This document shows positions 27,388 through 40,459 of a stretch of 64,000 nucleotides of DNA, one piece after another. This DNA comes from the human T2T-CHM13v2.0 reference genome, Homo sapiens: the NCBI RefSeq assembly GCF_009914755.1, contig NC_060937.1, one strand, 5' to 3'. A program made the position numbers and the translations under genes. The notes below the pieces were generated by a model that saw only the letters and a program-made list of their open reading frames with translations, was not told where the DNA came from and did not search any database. How positions within the stretch are numbered: the stretch's first letter is position 1; the number at the start of each line of letters is the position of its first letter.

Positions 27388-29670
27388 TGATATGGTTTGG
27401 CTGTGTCCCCTTTCAAATCTCATCTTGAATTCCCAAGTGTTGTGGGAGGGACCTCGTGGCAGGTAATTGAATCATGAGGGCAGGTCTTTCCTGTGTTGTT
27501 CTCATGATAGTAAGTCTCACAGGATCTGATGGTCATTATAAGGGGGAGTTTCCCTGCACAAGCTCTCTCTCTGCCTGCTGCCATCCACGTAAGATGTGAC
27601 TTGCTCCTCCTTGCCTTCCACCATGATTGTGAGGCTTCCCCAGCCACACGGAACTGTAAGTCCAATGAAACCTCTTTCTTTTGTGAATTGCCCAATTTTA
27701 GATATGTCTTTATCAGCAGCGTGAAAAGGGACTAATACAGTACATTGGTACCAGTAGAGTGGGGCATTACTGAAAAAAATACTCCAAAATATGGAAGCAA
27801 CTTTGGAACTGGATAACAGGCAGGGGTTGGAACAGTTTGGAGAGCTCAGAAGAAGACAGGAAAATGTGGGAAAGTTTGGAACCTCCTAGAGACTTGCTGA
27901 ATGGCTTTAACCAAAAGCCTGATAGTGATATGGACAATAAGGTCCGGGCTGATGTGGTCTCAGATGGAGATGAGGAACTTCTTGGAAAATGGAGCAAAGG
28001 TGACTCTTGCTATGTTTTAGCAAAAAGACTTGCAGGATTTTGCCCCTGCCCTAGAGATCTGTGGAGCTTTGAACTTGAGACAGATGATTTAGGGTATCTG
28101 GCAAAAGACATTTATAAGCAGCAAAGCATTCAAGAGGTGACTTGGGTGCTGTTAAAGGCACTCAGTTTTATAAGGGAAGCAGAACATAAAAGTTCAGAAA
28201 ATTTGCAGCCTGACAATATGATAGAAAAGAAAATCCATTTTCTGAAGAGAAATTGAAGCTAGCTGCAGAAATTTGCATAAGTAACTAGGAGGCGAATGTT
28301 AATCCCCAAGACAATGGGGACAATGTCTCCAGGGGATGTCAGAGGTCTTCATGGCAGCCCTTTCATCACAGGCCCAGAGGCATAGGAGAAAATGGTTTCC
28401 TGGGCCAGGCCTAGGGTCCCTGTGTGGCATGCAGTCTAGGAACTTGGCACCCTGAATCCCAGTCACTCCAGCCATGACTAAAAGGGGCCAACGTACAGCT
28501 TGGGCTGTTGCTTCAGAAGGTGGAAGCCCGAAGCCTTGGCAGCTTCCACATGGTGTCGAGCCTGCAGGTGCACAGAAGTCAAGAATTGAGGTTTGGGAAC
28601 CTCCACCTAGATTTCAGAAGATGTATAAAAACGCCTGGATGCCCAGGCAAAAGTTTGCTGGTGGAGGGGGTAAGGGGGGGCTCATGGAGAACTTCCGCTA
28701 GAGCAGTGTGAAAGGGAAATGTGGGGTCAGAGACCCCACACAGAGTCCCTCCTGGGGCACCATCTAGTGGTGCTATGAGAAGAGGGCCACTATCCTTCAG
28801 ACCCCAGAATGGTAGATCCACTGTCAGCTTGTACCATGCGCCTGGAAAAGCCACAGACACTCAACACTAGCCCATGGAAACACCCAAGATGGAGGCTATA
28901 CCCAGCAAAGCCACAGGGGTGGAGGTGCCCAAGACCATGGGAACCCACATCTTGCATCAGCATGACCTGGATGTGAGACATGGAGTCAAAGGAGATCATT
29001 TCAGAGCTTGAAGATTTGACTGCTTTGCTGGAATTTGGACTTGCGTGGGGCCTGTAGCCCCTTTGTTTCAGCCAATGCCTCCCATTTGGAATGGCGGTAT
29101 TTATCCAGTGCTTGTACCCACGTTGTATCTAGAAGGTAGCTAACTTGCTTTTGATTTTACAGGCTCATGGGAGGAAGGGAATTGCCTTGTCTCAGATGAG
29201 ACTTTGGACTATAGGCTTTTGAGTAATGCTGCAATGAGATAAGACTTTCTGGGACCGTTGGGAAGGCATGATTGACTTTGAAATGTGAGGACATGAGATT
29301 TGGGAGGGGCCAGGACAGAATAATATGGTTTGGCTGTGTCCCCATCCAAATTTCATCTTGAATTCCCACGTGTTGTGAGAGGGATGTGGTGGCAGGTAAT
29401 TGAATCATGGGGTCAGGTCTTTCCTGTGCTGTTCTCATGATAGTGAGTAAGTCTCACAAGATCTGATGGTAAGGGGGAGTTGTCCTGCACAAGCTCTCTC
29501 TTTGCCTGCTGCCATTCACATAAGACATGACTTGTTCATCCTTGCCATCTGCCATGATTGTGAGACTTCCCCAGCCAAGTGCAACTGTAAGTCCAGTTAA
29601 ACCTCTTTCTTTTGTAAATTGCCCAGGCTTGGGTATGTCTTCATGAGCAGCATGAAAACTGACTAATACG
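27388..29670 (+). mobile_element. Full-length THE1 (THE1B-like) MaLR provirus: LTR 27388-27739, internal 27740-29320, LTR 29321-29670
   Basis: Two similar LTRs T(G/A)ATATGGTTTGGCTGTGTCCCC...ACTAATAC(A/G); internal ORF remnant ESSEEDRKMWESLEPPRDLLNGF typical of THE1-int. Confidence 0.96.
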
Positions 29671-30597
29671 CCTGGCTAGGTTTACAGAGCTTAGTTTATA
29701 TGCTGATGCTAATATTTGGTAATGGGTGCTTAAATGTATTGTGAACATGCAACTCGTGAAGACTGTAGTGACGGATTAGTCGTGTCTGCTTTCAATATGA
29801 GAAGACAGAATGGTGTCAAGCTTGCCAAATATTTTCCAGTGTGTTCCCTGAAAACATTATGGTTAGAGAAACTGCAAGGAAATTTCTGAAGAAATTCTGA
29901 AGTGAAGAGTGAATTCTCATAGGTGAGGCTGAAAGATATTCATGCATAAGGCATAGCATGTGCAGATATCCAGAGAAATAAAAGACCATGCACTATTCTT
30001 AGAATTGCAAGTACCCACAATATGAACAGAAAGCATAGCATGTGAGAACAAGAATGTGATAAATAGGTCCAGTAAAGCAGGCTGCATTTAGGTAATGAAA
30101 AGCCTGGAAGCCTAGCATGTGAAGTTGGGTTTTTAGCCATGGGTTGTCCTGATGAAATTTTGCATTTAAGCAGCCACTTTGGCGTCAGTGTGCAGAATGA
30201 ACTGGAGCAATGAACAGAGTAAGTGGAATCAACAAAGACGACTGAAGAAAAACACCCAGTGAGCTCAGCTTTACTTAGTTAAGCTTCACATTTATGGGTG
30301 GCCAATCTGTACTGATGCCAGGGTAGGTGCCAAATAGATGGTTGTGAATATGACACAGTCCTGCCCTGCCCCTAAAGATCTTACAGGAGAGAAACGCAAT
30401 TTCTCCAAGTGCCCTGGGAGCAGAGGGCTAGGAGAGAAACGGAAATGAAGGTGAAAGAGGTCAAGCATGACCATTCTCTATCAGCAAGGCCAGTACCAAC
30501 TCCTGGGGCTTACAGAGTTCCCTAGAGCTTTCAGCATTTCTAAACCAGTTCTTGAAGACATCACAGTACACTTGTATATATGTCTTTCTCTCTTGCA

Positions 30598-30650
30598 TAC
30601 ACACACACACACACGCGCACACACACACACGCACACACACTACATACACA
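30598..30650. repeat. Interrupted (CA)n microsatellite
   Basis: CA run with CG interruptions. Confidence 0.93.
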
Positions 30651-31564
30651 GGAACACAGTTTTACTTAATGAGCTATTTTCTTCTTGAACCATCGATCAA
30701 AAACATCTCCATCAGCATCTCCTAACTAGTTGAGAGTTAGTAAATACATATGGTTTGAGAAGATAACTGTTATTGTACTCCTAAGTAAAATGTTGACCAT
30801 CATATCTTGTATTAAAAAAATGGAAGAAAAATTCTATTTTCCCTGTTTTCCTTCAGTAGTATGAATTGGCATTCTATATAAAGAACTAAAATATAAAGAA
30901 AGTTAATAACTACTTACATTTGTAAATCTACAAAATTATAAATGATAACACATATTATGTTTTAATTTATCCTTACAAAGCTCTGGAGGTACATGGGAAT
31001 TAGTATTCTTTCATTTTAATATGCAATGAAAATTCATGGAATTATGTGACTCTCTCAAGGTTTACAAGTAAATGTCATAGCCAGGACTTGAACCTTAATC
31101 TTCTGTCTCCAAAGTGAGGATGGTTTTTATTATACCACCCCATTGTCTAACAGGCAATATTTTGTTAAAACAGAATTAAAAAGAAAAAGGGAAAAATCTT
31201 ATTGTACATTATTTATGGTACTCCTGCAGAAGAATATTTGAGAGAATGGCTATGTAAGGAAAAGAGCATATCGTCTAGTCTCAATAAAAATTTAATGTTT
31301 AAAATTATTGAGCCTATGATTTGCTAACAAAAGAAAAATAAAAATATAGATACAGCCTTTCCATCACCATTCCAGCCAGTAATTCTGATCCCTGTAAATG
31401 CTCAGCTTCCTGGGCATTCACTCCTGGAGGCAGCCATGCTCTCAAACCCCGTCTCCACCCTCCAGAGTGGTGTTACATATTCTCTGTGGTTAGGTGTAAT
31501 ATGCTGGTTGGAATTACTGGGTATAGATCAGGTTTTTTGGGGTTTTTTTTTTGAAAGGCCTATT

Positions 31565-32400
31565 CTTTTTTTTGTTACTTTAAGTTCTGGGATACATGTG
31601 CTGAACATGCAGGTTTTTTACATAGGTATACATGTGCCATGGTGGTTTGCTGCACCTATCAACCCATCATCTGGGTTTTAAGCCCCACATGCATTAGGTA
31701 TTTGTCCTAATGCTCTCCCTCCCCTTTCCCTCCAGCCCCCAACAGGCCCTGGTGTGTGATGTTCCCCTCCCTGTGTGCATGTGTTCTCATTGTTCAACTC
31801 CCACTTATGAATGAGAACATGCGGTGTTTGGTTTTTTGTTCCTGTGTTAGTTTACTAAGGATGATGGTTTCCAGCTTCATCCATGTCTCTGCAAAGGACA
31901 TGAACTCATTCTTTTTTATGGCTGCATAGTATTCCATGGTGTAAATGTACCACATTTCCTTTATCCAGTCTATCATTGATGGGATACCCAAAGGATTCTA
32001 AATCATTCTACTATAAAGAAAATGCACATGTTTATTGCAGCCTTAACACTGCGTGTGTTGCTCTCTGAAACAGACACTTGAGTCATCTACACTGCTACCC
32101 ACTGTTTTGTTTCCTTGTTGAGTTTATTTATTGAGCACTTTCCATTTGTGAAGATCTGCTTTAGATAAGCCCTTTTGAATAGCTCTCCCTATCCAGATAG
32201 CTATGAGCTTGTTGTTCAGTAGGTTTTCTCATCATATAATAACACTGTTAGTCTCTTTCTAGGCATGTGCCCTGGCCCTGTCCTTTCTATGTGTCTGTTC
32301 TAATTCAGCAGTACAAGTCATATGAAATATAGAACTATGTAGTAGGACTCCATAAGACAACTTAGAGAGTATGTTTATTGCACCACTATCTACAATAGCA
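31565..32400 (-). mobile_element. L1PA (L1PA7/8-like) 3' end with a 5' inversion, interrupted by a non-L1 insert
   Basis: Antisense 3'UTR 31565-31983; sense L1 piece ATACCCAAAGGATTCTAAATCATTCTACTATAAAG...ATGTTTATTGCAGC 31984-32041; sense L1 resumes GTATGTTTATTGCACCACTATCTACAATAGCA 32369-32400. Confidence 0.88.
32045..32362 (+). repeat. 318-bp direct copy of 34351-34668
   Basis: Ungapped alignment, about 16 mismatches by hand count (~95%). Confidence 0.96.
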
Positions 32401-33649
32401 TGTTTTTTATAATTATCTGAAAATTGTCCCGGTCCCTGATAGAGGAGGTATTAGTTCCATACAGTTGGCATCCTGGGTCATAAAGCAAATAAAAATACTG
32501 CTTTGATCTGTAAAGCAATTTTTGCTTGGATTTCTAATTTTATGTAGAAGTCATTTTATGTAGAAGTCTCATCCTAACCAAGGTGTATAGAAATCTCTCA
32601 CTAACATTGGGAGAAAATGTGCAAGTAATGAGAGGCTTCAGGTAAAGGTGAGGGGGGTGCTTTCCAGAGTTATGTCTCAAGGGAAGAAAAACATGTGGCA
32701 GTTTCTTTGTATCTGTACTAGAGGAACCATTCTTCAACTCAGTGAAGTAAATGTTTCTTGACTTTGGTTACCAAATGCGTTCATGGTAGGTCCTAGTAAA
32801 TTAGCACTAACGATGTTCTGTTCCCATGAAGCTGTTTGCAGCCTTGAGTAACACTAGAAAGATTTCCATCTACCGGCTGTACCAAAACTTGGAGGAGGAC
32901 TAGAGAATATTCCTTTTCTCCTGTTCTTTCAAATGAGAAGATTGAGTTGAAACCTTGAGAGTCATGAGTTCAGTGCAGCAAGGAAGCATCATGCATTTAC
33001 TCATAGTGCTGCGATTTTCTACTGTTGTTTTTCATCCCTGAGGCTAGAGACAATATTCTCTAATTCACAAAGGTCCATTTTATTCCCCAGCTTTATTCCC
33101 CAAAATTGGATCCTGCCCCATTATGCCCAACATTTCTGATCCAATCATGATTTCTTTTATTTTAAAATCATAAAAAATGTTTTATTCTTCCTAAACATCA
33201 TAAAATTGTTAGTGAGCAGAAGAATAATTCATGAGATTTTATGATCATGGCATTGTGTTATTCTCCAACCCAAATAGTTACTTTTCTAAATATTGCTTTG
33301 CCAAATTCCATAAACAGTTTCATTGTCACAACAAATAAGGTAATCAGGTCTGTGGTGACCCAATCAAGTTATTTTACTTGTATAAAATTAGTTAAACTAG
33401 AGAGAAGTCCACATAGGATTCAGAGTTAGTATTTTGTATGCTAGAGAAATATGACATTCATCAATGTTTCACATGTGTAAAGTATAATCCTACTTACTTA
33501 AGTCAATCGAAATGATAATCACTGGTATTACAAAATATACATGTACTAAGAACCAAATTAACTAGTTCACTGCTTGTTGTTCGGGCTGTGTGGCCAAGGT
33601 TAAAAGGTTGATGAGTGCCACCCAGGGAAGAGATGAGTGCATAATTAGA

Positions 33650-34110
33650 GGTTGTTGGGAACAGACAACGTGCACACTAGGCAGTAGTGATGCAGTGTTT
33701 ATAGCAAGAAGAGAGAGAGAATGCACAAGATCCAGCTCCTTGCAATACTTCAGGCCCCCATGGCCAGGGATCTATTCCCCAGCCAACATGAGGGGATGTC
33801 TTAACTGCACATAGCCCACTTCCTGCTGTAGTGAAAGTACCTCAACGCCTTTCCCTGCGGGGAATCTGAAATACAGAAAGCTAGGGGCATGCATGAGGGC
33901 CATGGAAGCATGCACTTAAGAACAAAGGAGGACACACCGAGAATGAAACATGGAAAGCTGTTCCTACACAAGGCAACAAGCCCAGAACAGGCTGTGTGAG
34001 GACAGTTTATCTATTGAAAAGGGAGTGTTCCATGCCCAAAACCCGTTCCTATGCAGCTAAGCTAGAATTGACAGACTGCGCACAGGAGACCTTTCCCAAC
34101 ATTAACTTTT
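33650..34110 (-). mobile_element. Probable old ERV-type LTR (donor of the inverted copy); family unresolved
   Basis: GC-richer block starting TGTTGGGAACAG with LTR-like composition; weak recognition only. Confidence 0.35.
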
Positions 34111-34350
34111 CTGAACAAAACCTTCAAGGGGATGTCATTACTCTCTTCCTTTGTTTCTTCCCACTGCTTTTCTCATGGTGGTTTAATCTGCTATCAGAGC
34201 TGAGTCATGACAGTTGACACTTCACTCAAACATTCCTTCTGAATTCACTTTCTATTTTCTTTTGGATTACAAAATATCTGGAACCGAGGACTCCTCCGTC
34301 AATTCAAGTTTTATGATAAAGATCTCAGCCCACGTTGTTATTGCAGGTTC

Positions 34351-34668
34351 AACATTGTGTGTGTTGCTCTCTGAAACAGACACTTGAGTCGTCTACACTG
34401 CTACTCATTGTTTTGTTTCCTTGTTGAGTTTATTTATTGAGCACTTTCCATTTGTCAAGATCTGCTTTAGATAAGCCCTTTTGAATAGTTCTCCCTATCC
34501 AGATAGCTATGAGCTTATGGTTCAGTAGGTTTTCTCATTGTATGATAACACTGTTAGTCTCTTTCTAGGCATGTGCCCTGGCCCTGTCCTTTCTGTGTGT
34601 CTGTTCTGATTCAGCAGTACAAGTCATATGAAATATAGAACTATGTAGCAGGACCCCATAAGACAACT
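34351..34668 (+). repeat. Donor copy of the 318-bp duplication
   Basis: Matches 32045-32362. Confidence 0.96.
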
Positions 34669-35109
34669 AATGCTAAAATTTAAAATTTAAAAGGATTAAA
34701 TTTTAATGCTAAAACAATGTAAGATTATTAAAATAACTTTTCATGTCCCCTTCATCAACCTTTATATGCTGATTGGGAAAAAAATAATGTTTAAATCAGT
34801 TCATCTCAGTTCAATCAGATACTTAAAACCATGCTTTTAGGAAGCTTCAGTCTCTGATTTGGAAAAATGTCTCATCTCAAAGATTCGTTTCCCCTCCAGA
34901 AGCTTTTCTCCCTAAGATGACTGGGTACATTGACTGGGGAGCCTGATGTGTGTCGCTATTAGGGAACGTGGACCTTGGGCTTCTGTTGCCTCCAGCGTGA
35001 GTTATGGCTGTATCTCATCAACTCTAGGGGAATGCCCTTTTCTACTCTGGGTGCTTTGTCACTTCTGGTTTGTGTTTACAGTCTCTGCCTGGTGAAGTTT
35101 TACTTTTAA

Positions 35110-35490
35110 TGTATTTTTAATTAACATATAAAATTATATGTATTTATCATGTACAACATAATATTTGAAGTGTATGCTCATTGTGAAATGGTAAAATCTA
35201 GCTAGTTAATACATCGATTACCACACATAGTTGTCATTTTTGTGATGAGAACATTTAACATCCACTCTCTTAGCATTTTTCAAGAATTCTATATATCATC
35301 ATTAGTTATAGTCACCATGGTGTACAAGAGCCCTTGAATTCATTTCTCCTATCTAACTATAATTATATATCCTTCGACCAACCTTTCCTCAACTCCCCCA
35401 CCCCCCAACCACCCTAGCCATTGGTAACCGCCATTCTACTCTCTACTTCTATGAGATCAACTTTTTCAGATTCTATATGAGTGAGATCTT
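35110..35490 (-). mobile_element. L1MA 3' end fragment
   Basis: AAAATTATATGTATTTATCATGTACAACAT...TGGTAACCGCCATTCTACTCTCTACTTCTATGAGATCAAC. Confidence 0.88.
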
Positions 35491-35868
35491 TGTCTTAGGC
35501 AGTGATAGTGCAGCGAACTGGCTCAAACTCCAAGAAGCTCTCTTCGTTAATAAATGTGAGCACCTGCTAAGCCCTTCACCCAAGCCATTGACCTGAGAGT
35601 CCACCCTTAACTCCAGCTGAGGGTCACTTTTCCCTGAAGTGGCTGGCAGTATGCTAGGCCTGCTGATATATCTATGTCAAGCAAGGACTGAAGACAGGCT
35701 TTGAAAGCCACACATCAGTGGAGTTCTCTTCTATATCGATTTATGAAAGAATACACCAAGTGTGTAAAGACCATATTCCACCATTGCTCCTGTCAACCCA
35801 TGTAACCTTCGCTTATATTTCAGTCATCCACATCCCCTCCTAGCTGAAGTTTGGAGAGAGTGGATTGG

Positions 35869-36036
35869 AGAATGGGAAGAGAAGATGTTCTAGAATAGAG
35901 CCCATAAGTACCCTGACTTTCTTGAGAAGAAGGACATGGTGAAGGAGACCAAGAAGATGCAACTGATCAGATGAACACCTGTATAGTGTATGTGTCTAAG
36001 AAGTCAAAGAAAGAAAGTGTTTCAAGAAGGAGACAA
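35869..36036 (+). repeat. 168-bp identical direct copy of 37263-37430
   Basis: AGAATGGGAAGAGAAGATG...AGAAGGAGACAA; no mismatch found by eye. Confidence 0.96.
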
Positions 36037-36089
36037 GCAGGTCTTCCTCCTGCTTTCCTCTCTTCCATTTTTTTCTTCTCTCACCCTTC

Positions 36090-37546
36090 TTATATTCAAG
36101 AAATGTCTAGTCCCTGCCAGGCAAATGTTCTAAGTACAGGGGATGGAGTGGTAAGGACCACAGAAAAATTCTTAACCCTTTGTGGAGCTTACATTCAAGA
36201 AAGAGAAATAGAAATAGAAAATAAACAAATCTGTTGATTATCTGGAGATGATAAGTGGCATGAAGAAAAATGAAGGGACTGAAAACAAGGTAGATTTGCT
36301 GATAGGAAAGTAAAGTACCAGTTGAGAGATAATACCTACATGTTATGAGGGAGTGAGTGGTTCATAAGCAGCAAAGAGTGCCTTCTGGTCAGAGATAAAT
36401 AGTAATTACAAAAAGTCCGAAGATTGGAACAAGTATGGCTCAATGGAGGGAGAGCGAGATGGCCTGTGTGACAGCTCCTTGCAATACTAGAGTTGAGTGA
36501 GTGAGGTTGAGGGATGGGCGATGTGCATGCTTCGGTGGCCCTCATGCGTGCCCCTAGCTTTCTGTATTTCAGACTTCCCCCAAGGAAAGGCGTTGAGATA
36601 CTTTCACTACAGCAGGAAGTGGGTGATGTGCAGTTAAGACATCCCCTCATGTTGGCTGGGGAATAGATCCCTGGCCATGGTGGCCTGAAGTGACTAGAGT
36701 GGAGTGAATGAGGTTGAGGGATGGGGATGAACTGAGTAGCCAAGACACAGCAGATCAGAGAGATTCAGCACTTTGGGGTGATTTAAGCATGGGTGGATAA
36801 AGTGACTAATTTAAGTTTTTGAACCATCTCTGTCTGTTGAAAACTGACTGTAGAGAAAAAAAGGGAGACATAAGGAGAAAAGATGACAATATTTGCAGGA
36901 GTGCATGACAGTGGCTGGTTCCATGGTGGAAACGTGATTGCAATGTGGGTTACACATTTTGAAGGCAGGGAGTAAGGAGACTGCTGATGAGATGCGTATG
37001 TAAATTTTGAGTGAGTGTCAATGCTATGTACTGAGATAAGGAAGATTGGAGGTTGAAGTGTGGGGTATCAAGAGTTCTTTTTCTGGAAACATAAAATGTT
37101 AATGTTTATGAGACATCCAGAGAATCATGTTAAGTAGGCAGTTAGACAAAACAATCAAGAGCTCAGGATAGATGTCAGAGCTAGAAGGATAAATATGGGA
37201 ATCATCAGCAGAGATAGCATTCAGCATTAGAGGACTGAATTTTATCAACAGAAAGTACGTTTAGAATGGGAAGAGAAGATGTTCTAGAATAGAGCCCATA
37301 AGTACCCTGACTTTCTTGAGAAGAAGGACATGGTGAAGGAGACCAAGAAGATGCAACTGATCAGATGAACACCTGTATAGTGTATGTGTCTAAGAAGTCA
37401 AAGAAAGAAAGTGTTTCAAGAAGGAGACAATCAACAGCATCAAATGCTCTGAAATGGCAAGTAAGACGTAACCTTGACAAAGGTATTTCAGTGGATTTGT
37501 AGGGATGAAAGTCTGATTGGAGAGGATTAAAGAGAGAATGGGAAGA
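36090..37546 (-). mobile_element. L2 LINE fragment
   Basis: TGCCAGGCAAATGTTCTAAGTACAGGGGAT...GGAGCTTACATTC; TAAGTAGGCAGTTAGA; TCAACAGCATCAAATGCT (antisense L2). Confidence 0.75.
36523..36691 (-). repeat. 169-bp inverted copy of 33747-33915
   Basis: Reverse-complement alignment with about 11 mismatches; both ORF 33590(+) and ORF 36336(-) translate FRPPWPGIYSPANMRGCLNCT. Confidence 0.96.
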
Positions 37547-39137
37547 ACTACCATTTAAATACATTTATTTCCCCATCCTCTCAAAGCACCACAAAATGTA
37601 TGTAATGGAATTTTTTTAAAGGCATAAACTGCAAGAACAAATAGTGTAGACAAGGAAACAACAGGCGGAAAACCCACATTAACAAAATTTTACAATCTGG
37701 CAACAAATGGAGTGGTAGTAACTGATTCAGTAGGCCAGAGAAGGTAAAATGTAACCCTATATCCAGATTGCCAGAAAGATATAATTCTATTTACTGCTAA
37801 ACCCCAAGAAGGCTCAGAAAGTGGAGAATCAGCTTCTTTAGATGCCAGGAGTGTGAAATGGAACTAAAAACAGGGTTGATTGAAGGTATTTTAAGTAGCT
37901 ACCAGATACCACACTTTACTTCTCAGCTCATTGAAGGCAGGCACGGGACTGTCACTCTCTGGAAAGGTTTGATAAGGGGTTAAAAGGCTCTGAACATGGG
38001 GATGGCAGACACAGGTGAGAGCAAATGTGCAGTGCCTTACTGACATGGAGAGATTTTAAGTAAAATTCTTTAATGAATGGTAAGACAGTCCTTACCCTAC
38101 TTCCTTGTCTATTTCTCAGCTTTACCTACATAAAGATGGCTACCAGGCCTACACCAGTGCCCTCCCACTGTAAAACATTCTAAAAAGTTCACCTTCAGTT
38201 TTGAGGGTTGTGATCCTATAGCAATAACCCATTTCCTCTTCTACATCTTTGCTAACCCTCTCGTCGTTGACACCATCCAATTTTTTCTGCAACCAATGGT
38301 GAAACATGTCTCAGGCTGCTTCCTGTATTTGGAAAAGCCCTCCTTGAAATTTAGCTAAAGAACTCTGTCATGTTTACAAAAAAAGGAGAAAAAATATCAC
38401 TTGAAATGAAACGTCCCCATTCCTATCTACTTCCAACCTGAAATTGAATATTATGTCAAACACAAGAGGCCCTTAACATGCAAACACTCATAATCATCGC
38501 TGCTTTACTTCACCCAGTACATCTTATTATTTGTGTTTTTATGTAATTTGGATGTGATTAAAATGTGTACAAATATTATTGTAATGTAGCTAAGTAGGTG
38601 TTTATGTGAAAACATATGGTCCAGTGTGGTGAGTATAAGACCTGGTTCAACAACACATGCTTCTAGGTGTTTAATGATATTTGATGGCATATACATTTTT
38701 TTAAATCTCAGTTTTCCAAATCATTACCTAGATTCAAGAAGGCAGAGATCCAGATGCTTTACCATATTTTCTGCACCTCATTATTAAGTTCACGTCTTAA
38801 CTGTTCTTTGTAAGTAAACTGTCATAGAAGACCTTCAGAATTAACCAGAGAAAGCTTTATGCCCCCCTTTTTCAAAGTTTAAATAGGGATCTAAAATCAA
38901 AGCATACCAAATACCTATTCTCTCCAGGCCAATGCAGAGATCAATAAAATCAGCCAGTATTCTGTCAATGATCATCTACATCATTCTCTCATGAACTTAT
39001 GCACAACTATATGAGCTTATTATTGATGTCTTATATTGTCATAAACAATGTTTGCAGTAAGAGTCGCCTACCATATGTAAACCTACAATTATGAGTTGTG
39101 CGTAGACCTTCTCTGGAAGTCAAAAGATAGTATTTAC

Positions 39138-39490
<353 letters not shown>

Positions 39491-40043
39491 TTATATATTT
39501 TTAGTGAACCTCATTCTTGCTTACTGTAAAATAGAATCCTGCCCCTGAGCTCTATCAAAATCATCATAAAATCAAAGTTGACAATGTGAAAATATATTGT
39601 TACTTTTGTCAGTTTATTTCATCTAGTTCACTTGTTTGTCACTGCTCTTATTTGCTATTCTTGCACAAAAATTTCATACTTGTTTCTAAGTGTATACATG
39701 CATTCTCATTCAGATAGAGATGTTTGAGTACCGTGAATCACATAATTTAACCCTCTTAATTTTTCAGATGAAGAAATGTTGTTCACTGAGAAAATTTAAG
39801 TGGCAAACAAGGCTGCACATTTAACTAGTGGCATCCCCAAACTAAAACTCCAGGCCTCTATTCTTTTCACTGACATCCATGTTCATTTCTCAGAAAATAT
39901 CACTTACTTTGGGAAGCAATGAAAGAAACGTTGCTAAGATGTAAACACAAAATAAAGTGAGAAATAAACAAAAAATAAAACACCGTGTTTAAATATTCAG
40001 ATGGCATATAATATGCCCCAACTAAGATATTAGAAAAATCTAA

Positions 40044-40459
<416 letters not shown>

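Noticed and set aside
27837-28256. 139-aa ORF
   Set aside because: Degenerate THE1 internal ORF remnant, not a host gene.
34668-34714. TAATGCTAAAA repeated just after the 318-bp donor
   Set aside because: 11-bp match in very AT-rich sequence; cannot be separated from chance or simple slippage.
36336-36743. ORF sharing a 21-aa peptide with ORF 33590-33814, suggesting paralogous genes
   Set aside because: The shared peptide is a by-product of the inverted DNA copy; there is no coding evidence.
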